A stretch of DNA of 31,011 nt from a virus (taxonomy: Duplodnaviria > Caudoviricetes). Where the stretch lies: the IMG/VR virus record IMGVR_UViG_3300048599_000870, positions 1 to 31,011 of that record; one strand, 5' to 3'. Below, one piece after another: positions 1 to 8,719 of the stretch (position 1 is the first letter of the stretch; each line of letters opens with the position of its first letter). The position numbers and the translations under genes are program-made. A model generated the notes under the pieces. The model searched no databases. It saw only the letters and a program-made list of their open reading frames with translations, and was not told where the DNA came from.

Positions 1-933
1 TTAGGCGGCGGAGGAATCCGCCTTCGGTGGCAAACCCGGCGGCCATTGCGATGGCACGGTGATGTCGCGGCCCATCTTGGCCATCATGTCCAGCACTCGA
101 ACGGAAGCCTGATCGCCGGTCGCCACGCGGTATTCGCGCCAGCGATGAAACTCGATCGACATCGGTTTGATCGAGACGAGCGCTGGCTTTGCCTTCGCCA
201 GCAAGCGCTCCCATCGCATTTCGCGGATGTAGGTCGTGAGATCGCAGACCTTGCGGCTTTGAGCCCGGCAGTCCTCGAGATAGGGCTTCACGCCTTGTTC
301 GCATGCCTTGGCATTGCCATCGGTTAGCCCTGCGAATGCCGTTCCGGCTGCGACCGAGCTCAGAACGTGGTCGGGTGGCCATCCCGCCAAAACCCGCTCA
401 AACGCGCGCACACGATTGGGTGATTCAGTTTTTTCTGAATCAGTATTTTGTAGATTCTTATAGGGCCACGACGGGTTTGCCGTATCTGGCTCACCCGTAT
501 CTGGCTGACCCGTATCTGGAGGGTCGGTTGGCCGCCCTGGTTCGGCGGCTTGAGGCTCATCGCCGTCGTTCTCGGAATCCGCAGGATCGGCATCGCTGGA
601 CACCAGCGACGTAGCCGCCTTGGCTTCGTCAATCGAAAGAGATGGGCCCGGTTCGTCCCGGACTTCGTAAACGGTGAAGAAGGTGCCGTTCGGCAGGCGC
701 GTCTTGCGCGCCACGATCCAGCCCGTACAGATCAGGTTGAGCATAATCCGCTTGATGCCGTCGCGACCAATGTCCCAGCGCCGCGCGAGCGCGGGCCGGC
801 GCACCTCCCAATCATGGGGCTGCGACAGCAGATAGACCAGAATCCCGACCTCGTCGGCCTTGAGCCGCTTGTCGTTAAGCAGCGCGTTGCCGATTGTGGT
901 GAAATTAGCCGTATGCTTGCGGCGGATGATCAT
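1..933 (-). CDS. Phage replication initiator (HTH, lambda O/replisome organiser-like)
   Basis: N-terminal NFTTIGNALLNDKRLKADEVGILVYLLSQPHDW HTH motif, low-complexity PDTG-repeat linker carrying DNA iterons, last gene of the cro-side operon visible in the window. Confidence 0.75.
   Translation of the reverse strand: MIIRRKHTANFTTIGNALLNDKRLKADEVGILVYLLSQPHDWEVRRPALARRWDIGRDGIKRIMLNLICTGWIVARKTRLPNGTFFTVYEVRDEPGPSLSIDEAKAATSLVSSDADPADSENDGDEPQAAEPGRPTDPPDTGQPDTGEPDTANPSWPYKNLQNTDSEKTESPNRVRAFERVLAGWPPDHVLSSVAAGTAFAGLTDGNAKACEQGVKPYLEDCRAQSRKVCDLTTYIREMRWERLLAKAKPALVSIKPMSIEFHRWREYRVATGDQASVRVLDMMAKMGRDITVPSQWPPGLPPKADSSAA
421..519. repeat. Putative prophage replication origin: three CCGTATCTGG iterons plus AT-rich tract
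   Basis: CCGTATCTGG at 480, 495 and 510 (15-bp period) beside the AT-rich 421-462 tract with TGATTCAG-T6-CTGAATCA inverted repeat; inside the initiator gene as in lambda O. Confidence 0.7.
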
Positions 934-1391
934 CGCAGCGCGGTCTTCCGCAAGCCGTGAGCATCCCAGCGCGATCGGCTCCTGCGCGTGGTGCGGTTGT
1001 GCGCGACGAGCGCCAGTATAGCTTCCGGCGACACCACAACCAGATAGTCTCGCTTGGGCGGAGGTGCCTCACCGGCAAAGCGATGCGGCATCGCGCGGCG
1101 GCGCAGCCCCAACAGCAGCCGATATTCTTCTGCGGTCCGAAGGCGCTTTTCCGCATTGCACGACTTGCAGGACGCGACCACGTTGGCGACCGAATGATCA
1201 CCGCCTCGGATGATCGGCACCTTGTGCTCGATATCCATGGCCGTCGAGACGCCCACCTCAAGCCACTGGCGGCCTTTGTGGTTCGGAGGGCCTTCCCACG
1301 CAAGGCGCGTGCCGCAATAAAAGCACTTCCCGTCGAAGGCGACATGCAGCGCACGGCGTGTCTTTAGCCGCTGGATCTTGTTCGCAGACAT
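930..1391 (-). CDS. HNH endonuclease
   Basis: CFYCG ... DIEHKVPIIRGG...N VVASCKSCNAEK; start moved to ATG 1391 after a GGGGA RBS (ORF track start 1454). Confidence 0.85.
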   Translation of the reverse strand: MSANKIQRLKTRRALHVAFDGKCFYCGTRLAWEGPPNHKGRQWLEVGVSTAMDIEHKVPIIRGGDHSVANVVASCKSCNAEKRLRTAEEYRLLLGLRRRAMPHRFAGEAPPPKRDYLVVVSPEAILALVAHNRTTRRSRSRWDAHGLRKTALR

Positions 1392-1402
1392 CACGTCCCC
1401 GT

Positions 1403-1657
1403 CTATTCTTCTGATTTCAGGGTTTCGGTTTGACGCATGGACGCAACAGAACAATAGGCGGCAGCACAGACGATGAAACGGAGCGTGTTAAGCGGGATGA
1501 GATCGCCGCTCTCGAATACGGCGCGCAACATGCGATTGACCATCTCGCCCGGAGGAATCTTCAGAAACTCCGCCTCCTCGATCACGCGCTTGTAGACATC
1601 GCGCGACAGCGGGATTTTGAGTGTGATGACATCGTGTGTTTTGAGCGGCGCGTTCAC
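1403..1657 (-). CDS. Hypothetical protein, possibly ribbon-helix-helix
   Basis: 84 aa, coupled to upstream gene; ITLKIPLSRDVYKRVIEEA pattern resembles RHH. Confidence 0.55.
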   Translation of the reverse strand: MNAPLKTHDVITLKIPLSRDVYKRVIEEAEFLKIPPGEMVNRMLRAVFESGDLIPLNTLRFIVCAAAYCSVASMRQTETLKSEE

Positions 1658-2004
1658 CGTGGTTGCGCCTCCGCCTGCCGCTTGCGATCGAGCGCCGAAT
1701 AGCCGGGCGGCGGATCACCGAAGAATTCCTGCGTCTGCGTGCGCCGATAGGAGGCCTCATAGCGCGCATCGCGATCGGCGAGAATGTGATCGGGGATGAC
1801 GATGGTGTGGCAAGTTTCGATTCTCGCGCTCTTACGGCCGCCGTGGCGATAAGGATGGCTTGCGATAAGATCGTGCATCTTCGACCGGCAGGTCCATGAT
1901 GTGCGGCCGAGGATCTCGGCCATATCCTCCCAGGATTTGCGTTCCTGGTAGAGTCTACGCAGCGTGGCGATCTCATCCTTGGTCCAGAGACGATGCGTGT
2001 TCAC
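1654..2004 (-). CDS. Myb/GcrA-like HTH phage protein
   Basis: GTG start at 2004 overlapping upstream stop; WTKDEIATLRRLY...WEDMAEILGRT motif; C-terminal FFGDPPPGYSAL. Confidence 0.65.
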   Translation of the reverse strand: MNTHRLWTKDEIATLRRLYQERKSWEDMAEILGRTSWTCRSKMHDLIASHPYRHGGRKSARIETCHTIVIPDHILADRDARYEASYRRTQTQEFFGDPPPGYSALDRKRQAEAQPR

Positions 2005-2183
2005 GCGCTCACCCTCCCCTTTTCGATGATCTCTTCGGCACGGCAAGCAGCGAGCGTCATGCGATCGCAAGGCTCTTTCTTCGTGAATTCGCAGGCGCAG
2101 CCGTCTCGATAAAGCGCAGCGCAGATCGCATAGGCGACGGGCCAGCGGGGATCGGGTGCAGGAGTGATCGGAGGGGCCTTCAT
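2001..2183 (-). CDS. Small Cys-rich hypothetical protein
   Basis: 60 aa, 4-nt overlaps with both neighbours. Confidence 0.6.
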   Translation of the reverse strand: MKAPPITPAPDPRWPVAYAICAALYRDGCACEFTKKEPCDRMTLAACRAEEIIEKGRVSA

Positions 2184-2866
2184 AGCTCAAGCGTCTCCTG
2201 CTTCAGAGGCTTGGGCTTTTCGATGAACATGTCGGGCTGGCGAAGAGCTTCGGAGATTCTTCGACAGGCAATGTCGAAATATTTCTCTTCGATCTCGATG
2301 CCGATGAACTTCCTGCCGAGCTTGACGGCGGCAACACCTGTGGTGCCGGAGCCCATGAAGGGGTCGAGGATCAGAGTCGCAGGGGGGGGTACCTGCTCGA
2401 TGCACCAGCGCATGACGTCGAGAGACTTCTGCGTCGGATGCTCCTTGCCGTCCCGCATCGCAAGCGAGCGCGACACGGTGATCCGCCGCGCGGCACCATC
2501 AAACGAGCACCAAGCTAGTTCGAAGTCAGCAAGCGAGAAATCCGTCTGGCCCTTGTCCCACGATAGCCATTTGCTCGAAGGTGGCAGTACATCCGTGAAA
2601 TAATTGCCGCCCCAGACAACGGCATGTTTGCCAGCGCCAACAATAGCGGCGATCAGATCTGCCGGTGGCCGTTCGCGATCCCAGCCCGGCGCATCATAGT
2701 CGCGCCAGCCGTCCTTTTGGCTCTTGCGCGTGCGCGCGGCATTGATTCCATACGGCGGATCGGTCACCACAGCATCGACCTTGCCGAGGGTTGGCAGAAT
2801 CTCCCGGCAGTCACCGAGATAGAGGGTGACGTTTTCGGCGAGGCTTTCGATGCGGGATGCACTCAC
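2180..2866 (-). CDS. Site-specific DNA methyltransferase (N4C/N6A, beta class)
   Basis: LGDC, TDPPY (motif IV), HPTQKS, LDPFMGSGTTG (motif I), IGIE. Confidence 0.95.
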   Translation of the reverse strand: MSASRIESLAENVTLYLGDCREILPTLGKVDAVVTDPPYGINAARTRKSQKDGWRDYDAPGWDRERPPADLIAAIVGAGKHAVVWGGNYFTDVLPPSSKWLSWDKGQTDFSLADFELAWCSFDGAARRITVSRSLAMRDGKEHPTQKSLDVMRWCIEQVPPPATLILDPFMGSGTTGVAAVKLGRKFIGIEIEEKYFDIACRRISEALRQPDMFIEKPKPLKQETLEL

Positions 2867-4344
2867 GCCGCAACCTCCGCCTGCCGTTTCAGGAATGGCG
2901 GGATTTCCAGATGCTCGTCATTGAAGGACGAGCCCGCACCTGCGGGGCTGGGGGCATCTTCAGGCGCGGGCTCTGACGAGGCGACGGTTTCGGGGGGCGG
3001 TGTCGTCTCGTTTTCGATGATGGGTGAGCCCGCATCCGGAGCCTGTGCGAGGTCAGATTCGGATACGGGCTCTGGCGCGGCCGGGACAGGCTGCGTCAAG
3101 GGAATTTCTCCGGTCTCAACGTCGAAGGGCTCATCGCAATAAACGTGCTGCTTGGGCGCGACCGGGTGTTGCGTGAAACGTTCGGCGTCGTCCGGCAAGG
3201 TCAAGGCCTTGCATTGACCGGGCGGAATCCACATCGGTGGCGAAGGCTGAAACCCCTTACGCCATACCAGCCAGATATAAGCTGTCGCGGTTGATCCTTC
3301 CGGATCGTAGCGGCCCTTGCACAACGGAACGCGCTCGGCAAAGAACGCGATCAACGATGGCGGATGGTCGCGGAAGATTGTCTCGTAGCGCCCGACGCTT
3401 TCCAGCCATTGCAGTCGCACAAACATCGCGACGCCGACGCGCGCGACTTTGAGCGCGCGCAACACGAAGGCTTCGGTGAGGTCGCCGAACGGCGGGTTTG
3501 TGATGATGAAATCGGCGACGTAGTCCGACAGACCGGGATTGAGGAAATTGACGCCACCATCGCCGTAGCCATAGTCGTGGATGTCGGTTGCGTAGACTTC
3601 CTTGAAATATTCCCGCAGCGGTTCCGCCATATGGCCTTCGCCCGCCGCCGGCTCCCACGCGGTCGCAGATCGCGAATTGATAAACCGCGGCAGGACGTGC
3701 TCGCACAGCGCGCGAGTCGCCCACGGTGGGGTCGGGAAATAATCGAGACTGTCGGCAGGCTCCAACCGCGATCCCATGATGGCGCGGGCGCCGTTAGGCA
3801 ACCGTCGGCGAATGATTTCGACCTGCTCATCCTCGGAAAGCCGAGCGATCCGCTCCGCTTCGGAGACCGCGATATGCCCGCGATCGAGCGCGTCGCGGAC
3901 CTCTGCGACGCCGCGCTCGTGCACCGTTCGGGCGCGCTCGACTTGGCGCGGCGCCACATTGAGTTTTTCGGCCGCCTGGGCGGCGGTCAAACCGCCAATT
4001 GGCGGTTTGCTCCGGTCGCCACCTTGCTGAAAATTCGCGATCTTGCCCGCGATCGAAGCCCGCTGCCGGTCGTCCAGATGGCGACGGTTGAGGTTTTTCG
4101 AGATCACATAGGCAAGCGGATCGCCATATAGCTCCGGCATGAAGTGCCGGAAATGGCGCTTTTCGAGGTCGAAGCCTGCGGCCTCCGCCGCGCGATAGCG
4201 GTTGCGGCCGTCGAGGATCTTGCCCTGGTAGAGATCGATCGCGTCGTGAATGCCATTTGCCCGAATATCAGCCACAAGCGCATCGAATTCCTCGCCCTCT
4301 ATGAGCGGGAACAGGTTCGCCAGCGGATGATATTCGAGCGGCAT
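2863..4344 (-). CDS. ParB-like N-terminal domain fused to SAM-dependent DNA methyltransferase with acidic tail
   Basis: HPLANLFP...ILDGRNRYRA...SKNLNRRHL (ParB-like); DYFPTPPW, WEPAAGEG, IITNPPF (MTase); start ATG 4344. Confidence 0.8.
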   Translation of the reverse strand: MPLEYHPLANLFPLIEGEEFDALVADIRANGIHDAIDLYQGKILDGRNRYRAAEAAGFDLEKRHFRHFMPELYGDPLAYVISKNLNRRHLDDRQRASIAGKIANFQQGGDRSKPPIGGLTAAQAAEKLNVAPRQVERARTVHERGVAEVRDALDRGHIAVSEAERIARLSEDEQVEIIRRRLPNGARAIMGSRLEPADSLDYFPTPPWATRALCEHVLPRFINSRSATAWEPAAGEGHMAEPLREYFKEVYATDIHDYGYGDGGVNFLNPGLSDYVADFIITNPPFGDLTEAFVLRALKVARVGVAMFVRLQWLESVGRYETIFRDHPPSLIAFFAERVPLCKGRYDPEGSTATAYIWLVWRKGFQPSPPMWIPPGQCKALTLPDDAERFTQHPVAPKQHVYCDEPFDVETGEIPLTQPVPAAPEPVSESDLAQAPDAGSPIIENETTPPPETVASSEPAPEDAPSPAGAGSSFNDEHLEIPPFLKRQAEVAA

Positions 4345-4354
4345 GGCGCGCGCC

Positions 4355-5158
4355 TCAGAGCTTGCCGAACACGGCCGGGCAGCCCGTGCGCTCGACAACG
4401 CCGGCCACGATCTGCTTGAAGACGGCCTGCCGGACATGCTCGGCGCGGTGAAGCTGGATTCCGAGGGTCAACGCACCGCCGTCCAGTCTCCAGCGCAGGA
4501 AGGCGAAGAGTTCGGTGTCCGGCTCGCCGAAATAGACCGGGAGGCCAAGCTTGAACTTGGTCGGCAGTTCGATGCCGGCCTTCGTGGTGGCCTTGGTTTC
4601 GTCGGTATATTCGAAGTTCTCGTTATCGCTGGAGGTGCGAACGGCCTTCGTGAAGTTCACCTTGCGGTGCGCCTGCAGATCGCGGCAGGCTTCGAGAAGT
4701 TCGGCCGCGTCCGGCGCCTGCACGTCCGCGCCGTTCTCTTCGAGGAAGCGCGCGAATTCGAGCTGCGGTTTCAGCTTGCCGGAGATCGCGTTCCAGAGAC
4801 CCCACTCTTCCGAGAACGGAAGGGTCAGCACCGCCTTATGCGCGACATGCGCAGCCTTGTCCTTGGCGTGATAATCGACGGTTGCAACGATCGCATTGGC
4901 GGCGATATCGGCGAAGAGCACGGTGTCCGCGCCCTTGAAGCGGTTGACGTATTCGACGAGGGAATCCCGCGTTTGCAGCGTCACCGCCTGCTTGATGTAG
5001 CGCGGCAAAGTTACCTGCAGCGAGTGCTCGTCGCTGATTTCACGGACGGTTGCACCGTCCGGCACAATCAGGAATTGGCGGCCATCTCCCACCTTGACGG
5101 TAGACGGCGCAGTGGCCTTGCGCGCGAGATCGCTGATGACTTCAGCTTCGGTTTCCAT
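4355..5158 (-). CDS. DUF2303 (YfdQ-like) phage protein
   Basis: DSLVEYVNRF...ATVDYH...QLEFARFLEEN...LPTKFKLGLPVYFGEP...LRWR motifs. Confidence 0.85.
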   Translation of the reverse strand: METEAEVISDLARKATAPSTVKVGDGRQFLIVPDGATVREISDEHSLQVTLPRYIKQAVTLQTRDSLVEYVNRFKGADTVLFADIAANAIVATVDYHAKDKAAHVAHKAVLTLPFSEEWGLWNAISGKLKPQLEFARFLEENGADVQAPDAAELLEACRDLQAHRKVNFTKAVRTSSDNENFEYTDETKATTKAGIELPTKFKLGLPVYFGEPDTELFAFLRWRLDGGALTLGIQLHRAEHVRQAVFKQIVAGVVERTGCPAVFGKL

Positions 5159-5195
5159 AGCAATTTGTCCTTGGGTTGAATGGATGTTGTGAAAA

Positions 5196-5534
5196 TCAGC
5201 CGAAGCGCGCGTCCATCACGGGCTTGCCTTCGGCTCCGGCCTCGCCAAGCTTCATTTCCTCCTGGCGCGGGTCGTAGCGGTGCAGATCGCCTTCCGCATT
5301 GGAGAAGAAGACGGCCGGCGCGATCTCGGAGATCGGCCTCTTCGCCTTCACTTCGGCGACAAGGGTTTTTTCCGGGCCACCATGTTTTGCGGGTTTGATC
5401 TTGAGCGTGATCGTGACCGAGCCCTCCTTGCCGGTCTCATCGACCGCGCGCACGACATCGGCGAGCGCGAGCGTGGCCTCCTCGACGGGGCGGCCTTTTC
5501 GGATATCCCGCAGAACGTCAGTGATCAGTCGCAT
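5196..5534 (-). CDS. Hypothetical protein usually paired with DUF2303 (YfdP-like)
   Basis: VVRAVDETGKEGSVTITLKIKP...FFSNAEGDLHRYDPRQ; directly upstream of DUF2303. Confidence 0.75.
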   Translation of the reverse strand: MRLITDVLRDIRKGRPVEEATLALADVVRAVDETGKEGSVTITLKIKPAKHGGPEKTLVAEVKAKRPISEIAPAVFFSNAEGDLHRYDPRQEEMKLGEAGAEGKPVMDARFG

Positions 5535-5799
5535 TCCGGTTCTCCTGGTTTGAAATAATCGGCATCTGCAAAATCGAATCCGTCATTCCGCGCGTGATCG
5601 CAGCGGTAACGATGAGGCCAGCCAGGCCGGAGACGGTGACGCCGTAGCGGGCCGCCTCTTCTTCCATCATTTTCCAGACGTCGAGGCTGACGCTGGATTT
5701 CAGATATTCCTTGCGAGCCGCATCTTGCGGACGGACCTGCTGATGCAGGTGCTTGAGCCGCAGGATCATGTTCTGGGCGGTCGCGCCGCGGGCGGTCAT
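5518..5799 (-). CDS. Hypothetical protein
   Basis: ATG 5799 in TGATG overlap with upstream gene. Confidence 0.55.
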   Translation of the reverse strand: MTARGATAQNMILRLKHLHQQVRPQDAARKEYLKSSVSLDVWKMMEEEAARYGVTVSGLAGLIVTAAITRGMTDSILQMPIISNQENRNATDH

Positions 5800-6119
5800 C
5801 AGATCAACCCCTTCTCTTTGGCTAGCCATTCCGGAACGGTGACGGTGACAAGCGGCCAGTTCATCGCCTGGCCGTCCTTGCGGGTGCCGGTCACGATCTT
5901 GTCGGTCTTGACGATTTCGATATGGGATTTCGGAAGCCAGACAGCCTTGGCTTCATCTCCGGTGTCGGAGACGAGAACGGCCTTGCCGGTATCGTAATGG
6001 AAGGCGAGATCGTAATCGGCGAGATCGGATTTGGTGATGGTATCGTCATCAACGGAGAGCGAATGCGGCTTGCGCGCGTCGTCACCACCCATGAGATCGA
6101 AGAGGTCGCGGGTCATCAC
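5799..6119 (-). CDS. Hypothetical phage protein
   Basis: 106 aa; TGKAVLVSDTG...VWLPKSHIE...VPEWLAKEKGLI motif typical of small alphaproteobacterial phage proteins; GGAGG RBS. Confidence 0.8.
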   Translation of the reverse strand: MMTRDLFDLMGGDDARKPHSLSVDDDTITKSDLADYDLAFHYDTGKAVLVSDTGDEAKAVWLPKSHIEIVKTDKIVTGTRKDGQAMNWPLVTVTVPEWLAKEKGLI

Positions 6120-6733
6120 ATCGCCTCTTTCTGCAAGGGCGAGATGGGCGGCACGATCTGCATCGTCACCGGATCGATATGGATGATCGGCTTGCGCTCG
6201 CGGGCGAAGAATTCGATTTCGTGTTTCACGCCGAAGGATTCGTCCCAGCCCTTCATGCGGGCTACGATCAGGCAGTCGGCGGCGTCCATCATGGCTTCGT
6301 CGAAGGGAAGCCAGATGGAGTGATCGAGCGGATCGAGCTTGCCGTAGACCGCGAGCGGATGGGTATGCGCGATCGGGGAATAGACCCGGACGCCGGTCGT
6401 CAGAAGGAGCGCGGAAATCTCGGCGGCATGGACGAAGGCGGCCTCGATGCCGAGGTGATATTTCGTGTAAGGGGTGGCGAGATAGCAGAGGCGGTATTGA
6501 GCCAGCACCGAGGATGGCCGCGCCATGTCGCCTGCGATCCGCTGAAGATCCCGTTCGACGTACCAGCGGGCCTTGCGCATGTCCTGGGCGGCGTCATCCT
6601 TCCTGCCGGCACGCAGGAGATATTTCACCGCATTGCCGCGGTGGAAGCCGAGCCCGAAGCCCTCGATCACATCGATAGCTTCGAGACCGTTCGGGGCCTT
6701 GTAATGGGCGGGATGATTGACGGGGTCGGTCAT
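6116..6733 (-). CDS. DUF3310 domain fused to DUF1937 (nucleoside deoxyribosyltransferase-like) domain
   Basis: DPVNHPAHY...GNAVKYLLRAGRK...DMRKARWY then YLATPYT...YSPIAHTH...GWDESFGVKHEIEF. Confidence 0.8.
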   Translation of the reverse strand: MTDPVNHPAHYKAPNGLEAIDVIEGFGLGFHRGNAVKYLLRAGRKDDAAQDMRKARWYVERDLQRIAGDMARPSSVLAQYRLCYLATPYTKYHLGIEAAFVHAAEISALLLTTGVRVYSPIAHTHPLAVYGKLDPLDHSIWLPFDEAMMDAADCLIVARMKGWDESFGVKHEIEFFARERKPIIHIDPVTMQIVPPISPLQKEAM

Positions 6734-6792
6734 ACGAACAACCCCGCCACCGCCAGCAGGATCGTCACCGCAAGCATGCAGCGGAAGGACAT
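6730..6792 (-). CDS. 20-aa hydrophobic peptide (not in ORF track)
   Basis: MSFRCMLAVTILLAVAGLFV; GGAGG RBS, TGATG and ATGA overlaps with both neighbours. Confidence 0.5.
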   Translation of the reverse strand: MSFRCMLAVTILLAVAGLFV

Positions 6793-6956
6793 CACAGCGG
6801 TGTCCCTCCGAGCATTTCGTGGTCATTGTCGTGAATGCGGGAACGGATGCGCTTCTCGTGAGCGTCCGCGGCCCAGCGTCCGATGATGGCGGCGATGCCG
6901 GTCCCCGTCAGGATGATGGTGAGAAACAGCGCGAAGGCGATCATGTTGCCGATCAT
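6792..6956 (-). CDS. 54-aa single-TM protein (not in ORF track)
   Basis: MIGNMIAFALFLTIILTGTGIAAIIGRW...; ATGA overlap with 6953..7270. Confidence 0.6.
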   Translation of the reverse strand: MIGNMIAFALFLTIILTGTGIAAIIGRWAADAHEKRIRSRIHDNDHEMLGGTPL

Positions 6957-7270
6957 CGCTTTGCACTCCGCTTTTTGGAGTGGGACTTGCGCGCGGAGAA
7001 TTCGTTGCGCGGCAGAAGCTGCGCGGTCTTGCCGGCCTTCGCGAGCGCGACGACCTGGTCGACAGGATCGACCGGCTTGGGCTGCGCGGCGATCAGGTCA
7101 CTTTCGCTGACCGGATGATCGACGAGCGTGGGGCCGCAGATATCGTTGAGATAGACGAGAGCGTAGGTGTTCTCCGCCCCGGCGGTATCGATGCGCTTGT
7201 AGACGCGACCCGGCACGCCGAGGATCGGCACGGTGACGTGTTGCGCAAGCTTGAACTGGAATCCGGGCAT
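6953..7270 (-). CDS. Hypothetical protein
   Basis: 105 aa, strong GGGGGAGG RBS. Confidence 0.7.
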   Translation of the reverse strand: MPGFQFKLAQHVTVPILGVPGRVYKRIDTAGAENTYALVYLNDICGPTLVDHPVSESDLIAAQPKPVDPVDQVVALAKAGKTAQLLPRNEFSARKSHSKKRSAKR

Positions 7271-7347
7271 ATCGCCCTCCCCCGATGAATCGGTGAATTC
7301 TCAAGACGCACACGACGCAACAGGGAACAGGTAGTCGCAGCGAGGCC

Positions 7348-7929
7348 CTAAAGGGCCTCGCCGATGATCTCTCGCTTCAGGCAGCCGTATTTCTCTTCGT
7401 CGCCGACGACGTCGCCGACGAGGGCGACGATCCACCAACGCTCGCCATTCCATTTCGGCGGGATGAGTGTGGCGTGCAGCGTATTGCGATGGCAGAGGTT
7501 GATCGGACCAGGCGCGGTATGAACAACACCGGGCGCGGCAGGCTCGATCTTGCCGCCACCATTCGACGGCAGACCACGTTTGTCGCTTCGCCAGAAAGCC
7601 AGCTTGGCGCCTTCAGCGACAAGCGCATCAAGTCGAGCGCGTTGCGCGCTCGTCCATTTCTTCGCGAAGTAGGAAATGGTGGAGAGCCAATATTCCTTGG
7701 AGCCATAGCCATCGCCATAGCCATAGCCATAGCCATAGCCATCGCCATAGCCATAGCCATCGCCATAGCCATAGCCATCGCCATCGCCATAGCTATAGCC
7801 ATAGCCATCGCCATCGCCATAGCCAGAGCCATAGCCAGAGCCATAGCCATAGCCATCGCCATAGCCATCGCCAGAGCCCTTAGCCCAATCCGGCAATGCT
7901 CCGTTCAGGAGTGCGGGTTGAGCCTGCAT
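7348..7929 (-). CDS. Gly-X repeat protein with globular C-terminal domain
   Basis: 59-residue (G-Y/D/S)n tract then a ~115 aa globular domain; starts 2 nt after the upstream stop. Confidence 0.75.
   Translation of the reverse strand: MQAQPALLNGALPDWAKGSGDGYGDGYGYGSGYGSGYGDGDGYGYSYGDGDGYGYGDGYGYGDGYGYGYGYGDGYGSKEYWLSTISYFAKKWTSAQRARLDALVAEGAKLAFWRSDKRGLPSNGGGKIEPAAPGVVHTAPGPINLCHRNTLHATLIPPKWNGERWWIVALVGDVVGDEEKYGCLKREIIGEAL
7702..7878. repeat. 6-bp tandem repeat array, 177 bp (GCCATA/GCCATC/GCCAGA units)
   Basis: Read directly; encodes GY/GD/GS dipeptides on the minus strand. Confidence 0.97.
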
Positions 7930-7930
7930 G

Positions 7931-8245
7931 TCAGCGACTCCATGGTGCCGCTTCCCAGGCGGCCGTCGCTTCCGCCGTGCATTCCATCACGCTCGTGATG
8001 TTGCGCACATCGATGTCGGCCGCCGGGCCGATCTTGCACGACTTGGTCGGACCGGTTGCGGCAAGGCCCATGAAGCCTTTCACGTCGGACGACCAATAGA
8101 TGCAGTTGCGGGCACCACGCAGTTTGATCGAATCGCCAGAGGTGTCGCCGGTATAACCGAAGAACACGCCGCGGCGCTGGGTGGTGACGACGACGGCACG
8201 CTCTGCGCCATTCTTTTTCTTGCTGCGGTTCGGATGGTTGATCAT
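7931..8245 (-). CDS. DUF6948-like phage protein
   Basis: VVVTTQRRGVFFGY...LRGARNCIYW...GLAATGP...VMECTAEA; ATG 8245 with GGAG RBS. Confidence 0.75.
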   Translation of the reverse strand: MINHPNRSKKKNGAERAVVVTTQRRGVFFGYTGDTSGDSIKLRGARNCIYWSSDVKGFMGLAATGPTKSCKIGPAADIDVRNITSVMECTAEATAAWEAAPWSR

Positions 8246-8481
8246 TCCACTTCTCCAGCCCCTGAAGATCCTCGAGGCGCAGGAAACAAAGACGAGGCGA
8301 TGTAGGCGCCGTGAACGGTCAGCATGTAGAGCGGCGCGCGGGCGCAGCCGATCTGCGGCAATTGTTCGTTGAAGATGCGAAGGATGCCGCGACGCCAAAG
8401 GTTCACGGCGTATTTGCGCTGCCAGCGGAGGATTCCCGTCGGCGCATGCGTTGCGCCGCGCGCGTATAGCGACCGCAACAT
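8242..8481 (-). CDS. Hypothetical protein
   Basis: 3' part of ORF 8242..9225; ATGA overlap with the next gene; start uncertain. Confidence 0.4.
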   Translation of the reverse strand: MLRSLYARGATHAPTGILRWQRKYAVNLWRRGILRIFNEQLPQIGCARAPLYMLTVHGAYIASSLFPAPRGSSGAGEVE

Positions 8482-8506
8482 CACGATCTCAATGTTCTTC
8501 AGGCGG

Positions 8507-8719
8507 TCAGTCGATTGCGAGCTCGAGTTGCGCGATCCGTTTATTGTGCTCGGCGACTTCCTTGCGCAAGGTGCCAAGGCTCCGTGCGCGCTGCACGCCG
8601 CGCCACCATTTTGGCTTGGCGTCGCCCATGACATGCTGAAGAAATTCGAAGCCGTGATCGCTGCGGATGATGGCGACGACTTCACTGAAATCCGGATCGC
8701 GCCCGGCAAGCCGATACGC
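8507..8719 (-). pseudogene. C-terminal part of a CII-position regulator with no in-frame start
   Basis: Frame reads AYRLAGRDPDFSEVVAIIRSDHGFEFLQHVMGDAKPKWWRGVQRARSLGTLRKEVAEHNKRIAQLELAID*; closed upstream by TGA at 8803-8801 with no ATG/GTG/TTG before the internal Met. Confidence 0.4.

Noticed and set aside
930-4344. Restriction-modification system formed by HNH plus methylases
   Set aside because: The HNH is a short generic phage type separated from the MTases by other genes; orphan MTases are normal in phage replication modules
7702-7878. CRISPR array or diversity-generating retroelement
   Set aside because: No unique spacers, cas genes, reverse transcriptase or TR/VR pair with adenine-specific differences
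7377-7998. (MA)n ORF 7377..7868 and (IA)n ORF 7474..7998
   Set aside because: Alternative-frame shadows of the hexamer array; the G-X frame has operon coupling and a globular C-terminus
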